This document shows, piece by piece, positions 44,901 to 64,000 of a stretch of DNA of 64,000 nucleotides. Source of the DNA: Tubiluchus corallicola (lineage: Eukaryota; Animalia; Priapulida); the NCBI GenBank assembly GCA_030141605.1, contig JAQGDQ010000464.1, positions 1 to 64,000 of the forward strand, given 5' to 3'. The notes under the pieces were generated by a model. The model saw nothing but the letters and a program-made list of their open reading frames with translations. It did no database searches and was not told where the DNA came from. Both the position numbers and the translations under genes were made by a program. Positions within the stretch are counted from its first letter, which is position 1. Every line of letters begins with the position of its first letter.

Positions 44901-47900
44901 AATTTTTCAGTACAACCGTATACTCTCACTTTCTGATTTGAACCATCGTGGGTGAGTAGATGTAGGATGTATGAAAAGCAACAAATTTTATCAACAAATA
45001 TAAGCTTAGAAGTGCAGCCTTAGGCGGGCTTTTAAAAGAAATTTCAACTCAAAGCAAACAGTTAGGCTTATTTTATTGGTCGACAAAATGCTGAAAGGAT
45101 TTCTTGATAAAAGTTTGATAAACGCCTCGTGTAACTAAAACAACTTTAAAGTCGCAATCATTTCGCGCTAGGACGCTCCAATTTTGAACGCCCATTTTTC
45201 CACCAATGACGTCATGTGTCGACGGAAGAAAAGCAGCGCACGGCCAATTTGCGTCAAAAGCATAATAAGTTTTTCCAAAAAAAAGTGTTGCTAATTTTGT
45301 GAAATTCCTGCACGAACATTAGGTAAGCTGCAGAAGTTTACAGCGCGCGTTTACGAAAAGACACGAAGTCCACCAGTTACGTCATAATTTTCACATGAAT
45401 GGTGGCAACCACTGCGCTTGAAAATTTCTATACAGCGGTAATATTGTTTAGATTTATGCATTATAGACAATTCTTGACAATTTCTTTGCTATATTTTTCT
45501 AAGTTAAAGTGATAACATTAAAATAAACCCAACTTGCCAGGTAACTTGTTCTTTCCTTTCAATACCCGAAATCCGTGTTACGATGGCTGTTTTATATATA
45601 TCATGTACATAATGTACATACAGTTATATATATCATGTACATAATGTATATACAGTTATATATATCATGTACATAATGTACATACAGTTATATATATCAT
45701 GTACATAATGTACATACAGTTATATATATCATGTACATAATGTACATACAGTTATATATATCATGTACATAATGTACATACAGTTATATATATCATGTAC
45801 ATAATGTACATACAGTTATATATATCATGTACATAATGTATATACAGTTATATATATCATGTACATAATGTACATACAGTTATATATATCATGTACATAA
45901 TGTATATACAGTTATATATATCATGTACATAATGTACATACAGTTATATATATCATGTACATAATGTACATACAGTTATATATATCATGTACATAATGTA
46001 CATACAGTTATATATATCATGTACATAATGTACATACAGTTATATATATCATGTACATAATGTACATACAGTTATATATATCACGTACATAATGTACATA
46101 CAGTTATATATATCACGTACATAATGTACATACAGTTATATATATCACGAACATAATGTACATACAGTTATATATATCATGTACATAATGTACATACAGT
46201 TATATATATCACGCACATAATGTACATACAGTTATATATATCATGTACATAATGTACATACAGTTATATATATCATGTACATAATGTACATACAGTTATA
46301 TATATCATGTACATAATGTACATACAGTTATATATATCACGTACATAACTGCCCACAACTTTAAAACTTGATACCTTTCAAGTGTTTCGGTTTGGGTAGA
46401 TACGTGTAATTCATGGCCAAGAATATGTAGTGAAGCTATCAAGTCACTCCATTGGACGTGCTCACCCAAATACATTCCTGTTCCTTGTGCAATCTTTTGC
46501 GCCCATCTTATACCCGTGACTCTTGCTAATGCTCCAATGTGGGCTAAAATCTACACAAACCAGCAAAAGTATCACGTACAGAATACAAACTATTAACACT
46601 GCTAAAAGTATGAACTTTAATGGTATTACTGCTAAATAAATAAACACATTCATTAGTGGGTGTTACCCTAATTAGAAGCGCGAGATTTGACTCATTATAT
46701 AAACTTTATTTATTTAAGTGGATTGACATGCAGTAATATTACTGATCGGAGTTTTTTTCCACTGGGCAACAAATACGTTTTGATCCAGAGCAGATATATA
46801 CAACTGGTTATCAAGAATATAGTTACCTAGATAGTTAGTTCAAAAACACAAGCAATTCATTAGTTAACACTTGAAATACACAGAGCTTACAGAGTACAGA
46901 AGCGATACGAGAAACAATTATCAATGTACATCATCCTATTAGTTATACAAAAGTATGATTGCTCCATAAATGGTGTTAAATTCAAAAGTACAAAATTCAA
47001 AATAATTCAGACTAAGTTCGATATACAATTACACGTACAATCAATTAGCAAAGCATTTAATGAACTTTATGTAGTTCTGCATCAATCTGAAGAGAATGCC
47101 ACTGGATAGATAACCTGATCTGAGTTTATGAAAAATGTCGTTGTTAATAATAGCAGGTCTAGGGTTGGCGTGTAATTCTTGAGTTATGTCGATAATAACA
47201 GAGCTGATCCAATAATATTGTGTGTATGCCATAGTTTGAACACATAATGGCGGGGATTTTAAGTCGATTTGTTGCAGATACACGAAGGGTCGTCAGTAAT
47301 GTACCCTGTAAACAAATCACCTTTTAAATGTGGAAAATTTACTCATTAAGGCTATGTCTCTGAGGTGAACCACTTAAAATTAGCCATATTCATCTCTCGC
47401 AGAGAGATGATGAGCGTATGTACATCATCTCTCTGCGAGGTAAACAGCCAAAATCCGCATGGCGAACGACGAAATAGAATTGAATCGGTTCACTCGTCCA
47501 ATCACTGATCAGCCTCGCGCCATTCTTAGCTTCGGTGGCAGTGCACGATGCCTTAACGTTTAGTTAAATAAACTTGAACCGTCTGTTACCTAATACTATT
47601 GTTTTCCATCATTCAAGTTTTTGCACAAGCCATCACATCTATTGGCCATTTAGACAGTGATTTTTCATCAAAACCCGGTTAACTTTCAAAACGTACCGTA
47701 AGGGCGCACGAAACGCGTCAAGTATTATATAAAATTTATTTTTAAATTTCTCTTCATAATTTTTGTTGGCTATACAGCGACTGAATTATGGCGGTTTTAA
47801 TACAAAATTGATGGAAAAATTAAGAAACATATTTTTATATTAAGTTGAGTTTGCAGTACCCAGCGTTTCGTATTGCAAATAGAATAATGCTTCAATTCAA

Positions 47901-50451
47901 CACGTTTTAATGCCTGCTACAAAGACAAAATTTGAAAATTGATAAACTTGCCAATGCATGATAAGAGACATTTTATTCAGTTTCTTTTTATTATGCACTG
48001 GCTAGTAATGTATAGGCAAGGCCGAATACCCTAGGTCCAAGGGTCATGAAATTATGAGTCCCCTCTGACGGAACCACCGTCTAACTCGCCTGCACCCGTC
48101 TTGAATATTTTACTCGTGATATATTTTAGCGACATTTACACAAGTTGAAGCTAGCTTATTGTATATACTTTAAATAAACTATAATAGCTTTCTTTTGTTC
48201 GTCAATAATATACACTGTGATGATATATAGGTTCCGGTTTTTGAAATACCTTTCGCTTTCGCCTTCCTGTCATGTTGTACTTGCCAGCCAAATCAGGGTA
48301 TCCCTCTTGCCAATGTGGCCACATCTTTGCTATACGAGTTTTAGGCCATGCGGTATTTTCTGCGTCATCTTGTAAAAACACAAAAGTTAAAGTTATAATA
48401 CTAATTAACGCCTTCATTTTATGAACTTTTCTTGCTTGTAAGTTGTTGAGTCCTTTAGCTTTCATCATTTTTCTACATGAAAAATACATATGCGCATGCG
48501 CGTATCTTATATTATAAAATGAATTATTAAGATTAAAGAGTTAAATATATTCATAGAGCAACACAAACAAGTCGGGCACCTCAATACGGACTTTGGTTTT
48601 TTTTCTAATTACTAGTAACGTATTAAATAAATTTTTTATGTCTTGGCAAATGAACACAGAAGATTTTCCCTCTGTCCCCAAGGTATAGGAATTGACTGGC
48701 TACTGATTCCTCGCCAAAATAGGCCCTAATTGTTTTCAAGGCATGACCGTCTTAAAATATTATTAGTAAGTTCCTGATGGCCCTTGGTTTAGTGATTTTG
48801 AAGTGGCAGGAGAAAAAATTCCTCCCCAGTTATTTTGGCGCTGCGCTATACATCAATTGCACTGCTTGTCCATGACAACTCGTCTTTTCATCCTCTGTCT
48901 GTTGGAAATACATACCATATTGTTAGAGAATTTCCTTCTATGAGCATGATTTGTTAACGCTGCAAAATTCATTTCCCAAGAACAAAAGTATTTAATTTGT
49001 GCCACTCGCGTAAATTATAAAAATGATTCAATGACAGATGATTAATTAGTGATTGATAAATTTAAATTACTACACTAATATGAGTTTTCTCCTTTATCCA
49101 TCGGTGTTAGCCTCACGTGGAGCTTAGCTTCCTTTCTGGGTTAGAGAACGCAGATAATATTTCATTTCGTGTCAACTAGTAATTACTTATGCCAGTCGGT
49201 TTTTTAAATTATAAAGTTAATTCAAGCATGTTTTTTGCACCTGGGTTGCGCGCTACCACGTACTGACTATGTCATAACAAAATCCAGTGAATCGAAATGT
49301 CGTGTCAAAAAAATCCGTTCGTCACAATATCACGTCCTCTTCTAAAACAAGGTGTTCTCCCAGTCATTCATTCCTTTTTTAATAGGCAAGCCAAGATTAC
49401 ATAAGTTTACCTGTTAAAATCGAATTAAGCTGTTCTTCTTTGTCAAAATTTGGCACAGCTTCTTCAAAATTCTCTGTTTCATACTCTGCTCCTGGTAGTT
49501 TCTTTTCAATCTAGAAAGCAGAAAACTGACATCCTGCAATTTTTTTTAAAACAGCAGATTATTGACCACAGGAACTAAATTCTTGTTAGCAAGATTTTAA
49601 AAAGGCTGTCCAAAACCTGTCAATATTGGGTCTAGTCACGAACGATCAGTAATTCTGGAACTTAGTAGCTTGAACGTAGTAATGTTGCAAAAACAGTAGG
49701 CTGAGGCCCTAATTTCTCAAAGAGAAACAAGAAATTCAAATATCGATGTCATTTCGATAAAAATTTTCAATATATATATATAACGCCTCCTCAACCTGGG
49801 ACTGTGCTAGTTTCCCTGGGATTGCAAATAGTTCTACAAATTAATCCTTTTCAAGTTGATGAGAACCGAGGCTAGTTATCTGGCACGTGACACTTCCAAA
49901 TTAGTGACTAAGCAATGACTGTTGTCGAGACAATGAAAGATAACCAGACACACCAATAATTATTAGTATAACCGTGGGCGTCTGAACTTCAAGATGGCGG
50001 CTGTTGAAACAACTCCCAGCCGACAGAAGTGCGTGTAAAAACACGCAAAACAGATAAATAAAAAACATGAAATCACTTCTAGGAAATAAACACGATTGAA
50101 TTGACTTGATCAGTAGCATATAAATATCCATAAAGGCCGTATTAAACTGATCAAACGCATAACGTGGCTTCTAACTTCAGTGACAGAAGCCCATACATTT
50201 TAGTGATGAAAAGGGCATCAACTTTATCCATTTCACTAAAATAAATGTAATTAAGTGGTTTGTGTTGTCTAGACCTATGTGTAAATAGGTATCATGTCGT
50301 TATTATATTCCCCATAACTAATAATACACATCTGCTACATTTGAAATAAGATAGATAAATTATTTTACGTCAGAGCAGCTTTGATCAGAGGATGTTTCTT
50401 CCTTGTCAATCAAGCATTTTTCTCCAGAGTGACTATTCAGTACCACATCAT
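32810..50451 (-). CDS. MGAT5: Alpha-1,6-mannosylglycoprotein 6-beta-N-acetylglucosaminyltransferase (GnT-V, GT18)-like gene, 5' end unresolved
   Basis: Twelve exons from 49510 to 32810 total 1623 nt in phase, plus a tentative exon 50451-50369. Motifs LGEHVQWSDLIASL, PDNTFLGF, YEGPAPLEAI, PYEF..EGMLQR, LICEPSFF, RICPCRDF. Confidence 0.9.
33333..33455 (-). CDS. MGAT5: MGAT5-like exon (LICEPSFFPLLN...HPSVTQ)
   Basis: Acceptor TTTTATAG, donor G|GTAAGA, phase 1/1. Confidence 0.9.
34716..34893 (-). CDS. MGAT5: MGAT5-like exon (VPPYLPYEFQAEGMLQRVN...GQSCRDAC)
   Basis: Translated by eye; AG/GT bounded, phase 0/1. Confidence 0.9.
35318..35656. mobile_element. Solo LTR (Gypsy-like)
   Basis: TGTAACGAA...TTCGTAACA termini, perfect 4-bp TSD ATAT, 339 bp, internal AATAAA. 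Confidence 0.75.
35681..35797 (-). CDS. MGAT5: MGAT5-like exon (VTSQNTYAEKNIGKPYVYTID...)
   Basis: Acceptor ATTTTAG, donor AAG|GTAAAA, 117 nt, phase 0/0. Confidence 0.88.
36780..37927 (-). mobile_element. Degenerate Tc1/mariner element with transposase C-terminal remnant
   Basis: Imperfect ~30-bp TIRs (AAGGTGGCTCAAAAACACGTGCCGAAGTTT / AAACTTCGGCACATTTTTTCTGCACCACCTGA) with TA flanks. Minus strand 37160-36980 reads LEELKAKTIEC*DQIP...SWKKRH...CIENNGHLEH. Confidence 0.75.
37480..37853 (+). mobile_element. Family A MITE copy, internally deleted, nested in a mariner element
   Basis: AGGAAGAC...TTTTCCT|TTAA termini; core matches 5020-5335. Confidence 0.7.
38035..38181 (-). CDS. MGAT5: MGAT5-like exon (VLIGLGTNYEGPAPLEAISYGCIFINPKF...GKPTMRN)
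   Basis: 147 nt, phase 0/0; donor-binding YEGPAPLEA motif. Confidence 0.9.
38575..39468. other. Assembly gap (894 N) inside an MGAT5-like intron
   Basis: Run of N; the flanking exons join in frame (VTK|VLIG), so no coding exon appears to be lost. Confidence 0.99.
39531..39692 (-). CDS. MGAT5: MGAT5-like exon (GKRKYLDVVSEYLELHATV...IPSYVLNHG...TK)
   Basis: 162 nt, phase 0/0, donor AAG|GTAAGA. Confidence 0.9.
40110..40365. repeat. Compound trinucleotide repeat (ACT/GCT/GGT), intronic
   Basis: Directly visible. Confidence 0.9.
40757..40878 (-). CDS. MGAT5: MGAT5-like exon (FAPDNTFLGFAI...LVYGKTLHMWE)
   Basis: Acceptor GCTTACAG, donor GAG|GTATGT, phase 1/0. Confidence 0.9.
41649..42226 (-). 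mobile_element. Family A MITE, full-length copy
   Basis: TTAA at 41645 and 42227; end GTCTTCCT; reverse complement of the 4747-5335 copy. Confidence 0.75.
43208..43341 (-). CDS. MGAT5: MGAT5-like exon (CKLRILAIYGADPQFN...VWGGHNIKPLQYYTMY)
   Basis: Acceptor TTTTTACAG, donor C|GTACGT, phase 2/1. Confidence 0.88.
44212..44328 (-). CDS. MGAT5: MGAT5-like exon (...WDLIYSDIIGMEHI...)
   Basis: Acceptor TGTTCAG, donor TC|GTGAGT, phase 2/2; resembles LIYIDIVGL. Confidence 0.85.
45590..46348. repeat. 32-bp minisatellite, about 23 copies
   Basis: TATATATATCATGTACATAATGTACATACAGT. Confidence 0.95.
46375..46550 (-). CDS. MGAT5: MGAT5-like exon with the catalytic Glu (ILAHIG...LGEHVQWSDLIASLHILGH)
   Basis: Acceptor TGTGTAG, donor AG|GTATCA, phase 0/2. 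Confidence 0.9.
47040..47330 (-). mobile_element. CR1-like LINE 3' remnant
   Basis: ITDDPSCIC...HYVF...ILFRLMQNYIKFIKCF with stops and frameshifts. Confidence 0.55.
48250..48368 (-). CDS. MGAT5: MGAT5-like exon (DAENTAWPKTRIAKMWPHW...GRRKRK)
   Basis: Resembles WMRLRIRRM..AW...RKRKK; AAG-type acceptor, donor AAG|GTATTT. Confidence 0.82.
49411..49510 (-). CDS. MGAT5: MGAT5-like stem exon (IEKKLPGAEYE...NSILT)
   Basis: Strong acceptor CTTTCTAG and donor CAG|GTAAAC; phase 0/1 fits the next exon; sequence similarity is weak. Confidence 0.65.
50369..50451 (-). CDS. MGAT5: Tentative MGAT5-like stem exon (DVVLNSHSGEKCLIDKEETSSDQSCSD)
   Basis: Acceptor CTTTTGCAG, donor GAC|GTAAAA, phase 1/0; EKC...C spacing recalls the GnT-V stem. 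Confidence 0.45.
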
Positions 50452-50481
50452 CTGCAAAAGTGAAAGATTAATAGTGATAAT

Positions 50482-51078
50482 TAGGGGGAGCATCGAACGT
50501 TCGAATTCGATACGAACGAGTTCTTTAAGTTCGGGTTTGATTCGAACCTAAAATTATGATAATAAAGGAATTTGATATATTAATTTTTAGTCCAGTTATG
50601 CGACAGTATGATATCTGCAGGTAAGTACACTTATCACTCCTTAAGTAATAGACCGATAATTTGTGTGCTGGAAAAATAACTCAAATAATACATTGGAACG
50701 TTAACTAATAACTGATAACACATGTACTTATATCAGTATTATCTTAAATCATCAAAGCAGAGAAATGTTAATATTAACAGAAATCTATAAGCTTGGAATG
50801 TTTCATTGCCTACAACTTTTTCGTTGTTTGATTACTTGACCATTACCATTCATATTTTAACCGAAAATTAACTACAGTCGTGCAAAACTAACCTTTTTCA
50901 CAGTCGATTTGAACTAGATCCAATGACAGAAGAAATAGTGCGAAGGTGAGACGCATGACTTCGTCCAAATAAACTGCAGTTAAAACTTTATGAGTGCGCT
51001 ACAAAAGTGCCATGACATTATTCCTCAAAGATCGTGCAAAACTCGTTCAAGCGGCAGCAACGGAGTTCGATGCTCCCA
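50482..51078. mobile_element. Putative hAT-type non-autonomous element
   Basis: Inverted termini GGGAGCATCGAAC / GTTCGATGCTCCC with subterminal TTCGA repeats; no clear TSD. Confidence 0.55.
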
Positions 51079-52477
51079 GGCAATGTAAAATTCACATGTG
51101 ACAAGTACCTCGCTTGCAGTCATGCTCTAGGCCTCACAAAGAAAAATCATTAAAATGTATCAGCAAACTATGAATGCTTGGAAACTAGAAAGCTGCACGT
51201 AGTAAAGGAAAGCTGGGTTAAATAGTGATTTTGATTAAATTAGATGATTAAATTACTAAATTAATAATTCAAGATTAAATGCTTAACGATGCAATGCTTA
51301 AACTATCGTCGTGGCTAGAAGCCTAGTTAGGTGTGGCATCACGTGACCAGCTGATGTTCGACCGGCTGACTCAGAAGTAAAGATTGATGATGTAATCCTT
51401 ATGCGCAGAAGCTCATGGCGCATTAGGTAGTTAAACAAAAGTGTTTTGAGGCCCGCACCTCAGGGAAATTAGGAACTGACTTGAAGGCTGGCATTACTAT
51501 CCTCTTATATTTACCGTGTTGTGTTTGATATTTAATAAATGTGTAGCTTATTAAATAAAGTCTTGATACTTTGCCATGCCCATCGTGGCTACCTCGCACG
51601 CCACGCAATAATCAGCAAGTAGCTTTAACCACAATAAAAAACAGGCTCTAACGCAACAACCATACCAATTATTTTTCTCACATGCGCGCCATTTTAACAC
51701 AGGCAATGCAAGTGTCTCGAAATGTTAATGACACAACGTCATACAAGATACAGACAAATTTCAATGCGTATACCTGCTAAGAATGAATAAAGTTTGGCTT
51801 AGACACGTTATACCTACGAGCAATATGAGTTCCTCACAATGCTAAAGAACTAATAAATTAAATATTGCTGTGCGATGACCATGGAATCTACCTAAACACT
51901 ACTCAAAGTTCGAGAAGCGTTCTATTAAATTTGATTGATCCTGTCTGAGAAGTAATAATGCTCTAGTAAATCACTTTACAAGACAAGCTATTTTTTCAGT
52001 GAGATCAATTATTGGCCACAATTTGCAGTTAATATTTTGTAAATATAATAATAACTCAACCTGTCATGATTTGAAACATTTAATGTATTGTATAATTGAG
52101 AAATCATTTTATAACTTAGACGAAAGTGAAGCTGCAATATGTTCACTTGTCAGAGATGCAATACAAACTATGGAAACACACAACAACTTTCTTGAAAAAC
52201 AAGAGCTAATTTCTGTTCTAATTCACATTTGTTGTAACTAGTTGTATGCTACTTGATTGACATAAAATATTATGTTACAGATGGTTTGTATATACAGTTG
52301 ATTATGGGTAATAATATCATGTGTTATTAGTTTGTATTATTATGACTCTTCGTTTTAAAGTAATTGTCGAGTTAAATACGCATTTTATTGGTGTACTATC
52401 TATTATATTTTTAACTAATCTTACCTACATTGTTATTTATTGTACATAATTTTCTTAATCTACGCGAGTACGAATAA

Positions 52478-52626
<149 letters not shown>

Positions 52627-52894
52627 CTCCATAATATAAACAGCTCTGTTACTACTAACATATTTATTTGTTGGTTTGTGGAGTGTAGCATAGTTTCATA
52701 CCAATCAAGATATGTAGTATTTTAGGTAAATCGCTAAATTATGTATATATTGTTATATCATATATCTTTTGGCTGTCTAACGACTGAATTGGATTTCGAC
52801 GTTGTTTCTAAATTCTGGTAAATTTCTTTGTTTTAGATGCCTTGACAATGAACAGTTTGTTCGAAACCAGTCAGCAATAAATTCAATTTTGAAA

Positions 52895-52948
52895 TATAAT
52901 AATAATAATAATAACAACAATAACGAACAGACGGACGGACGGATGGAC

Positions 52949-52981
<33 letters not shown>

Positions 52982-53222
52982 AATGAATGAATGTATGAAT
53001 GAATGAATGAGTGAGTGAATGAGTGAGTGAGTGAGTGAAAGAATGGAGGAAGAAATGAATGAAAGGATGAAAGAATGAATAAATGAATGAACGAACGAAC
53101 GAATGAACAAACGAACGAACGAGTGAATGAATGAATGAATGAATGAATGAATGAATGAATGAATGAATGAATGAATGAATGAATGAATGAATGAATGAAT
53201 CATTAATGAAAAGATGAATGAA
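52895..53222. repeat. Tetranucleotide array (GGAC/GAAC/GAAT)
   Basis: Directly visible. Confidence 0.9.
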
Positions 53223-53557
53223 TTACGCGCACTGCTTGTGTCACAAAATCTCAGATGATGTTCACAAAAGCAAAATACATCAAAAAATAACAAAAAACAA
53301 CAAAAACAGGAACAATTGAACGGTAGCAACATGAACCGAACCGTCATTGTCCCAGGTCATTAGACCCTCAAGAAAGGTCCGCAGGCTAATTCTTTTAATT
53401 AGGGTTAATGGGGACATTTGCACCATTAGACTGTGGCTATCTGCCCTGGACACGTCGTTATCAAACTTTTTGAACGTTTACCTCAATATTCTGTGACAAG
53501 AGCAAAGTCAATATTTCGCATAACGCGATTATACACATCACGAACTTTTTGCAGACC

Positions 53558-63284
<9,727 letters not shown>

Positions 63285-63757
63285 AGCTACGACTCCATGT
63301 GTGCGTAATGCGTATGTCCGTGATGCGTGACGCGTATTCAGACAATAGCCATCACTTTCGAGTAAATACGTATCGGGTAGTGCGTTACGCATTGCGTAAA
63401 CATAGAAAAACTTGCGCGTTTTTTAACATAAACTGCTGTATACGCATCGCACGTGGAGTTTATGAAGTCACAATGCAACACAGTTGAAATGAGATCCAAA
63501 TTTTCTATTAATATGTACATGTTTCACGAATTGCTGTATGGGAATAATTTTCGGTTCAACTCCTATCGTAACCTTTTTTTCATTAGCAAACAAAGCAAAT
63601 CCCAACGACGCCTGTTTAACAAATGATTTCGTAATCTGTTTTTACTTTAGTTTAGTATTCATGAGATGTACATAAGCATAATAGCTATAAGAGCATATGT
63701 TACTGTTACCACAGTTTGATTAATAAAAATTATTTAAAAATTTACGAAAATACGACA

Positions 63758-64000
63758 ACAGAGAGAGAGCAATACAAGGTGGGGTAATGTAGCATTTATA
63801 GCAATGTACACAGAGAGAGCAATACAATGTGGGGTAATGTAGCAGCTGTAGCAATGTAACACAGAGAGAGCAATACAAGGTGGGGTAATGTAGCATCTAT
63901 AGCAATGTAACAGAGAGAGAGCAATACAATGTGGGGTAATGTAGCATCTATAGCAATGTACACAGAGAGAGCAATACATGTGGGGTGATGTAGCAGCTGT
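63758..64000. repeat. ~50-bp minisatellite running off the window end
   Basis: CAGAGAGAGCAATACAAGGTGGGGTAATGTAGCATCTATAGCAATGTA(A)CA. Confidence 0.9.

Noticed and set aside
49901-50246. KWIKLM and FFIYL stretches as the missing MGAT5 exon
   Set aside because: They lie about 170 nt apart with an intervening stop and no usable donor; FFIYL may simply reflect T-rich sequence.

Overview
Eukaryotic (invertebrate animal-type, AT-rich, GT-AG introns) genomic window with one 894-nt N gap. Exons were assembled by eye and checked for splice phase. Five protein-coding genes: (1) 3' part of an intronless GT25 procollagen galactosyltransferase-like gene (+, <3-998); (2) a complete 3-exon chondroitin sulfate synthase CHSY1 (-, 2718-14864, 779 aa); (3) an unrecognised 3-exon secreted protein (+, 19408-24964, about 588 aa) made of a signal peptide, a ~470-residue acidic tract containing 348 consecutive Glu, a CxC motif, ten Gly-X-Y collagen triplets and a basic tail; (4) a diverged MGAT5/GnT-V-like GT18 gene (-, 12-13 exons, 32810-50451, N-terminus unresolved); (5) a CHST15/GalNAc4S-6ST-like sulfotransferase (+, 8 exons, 53558-63284, about 404 aa). 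The main observation is that four unrelated glycan-modifying enzymes surround a hyper-acidic collagenous secreted protein, a candidate extracellular-matrix or biomineralisation gene cluster; this is inference and needs synteny and co-expression tests. Introns and spacers hold LINE remnants, hAT/Kolobok/mariner-type elements, a solo LTR, tRNA-derived SINEs, about nine minisatellites and many microsatellites. Homology calls come from recalled motifs, not database searches. No CRISPR array, rRNA or true tRNA was seen.
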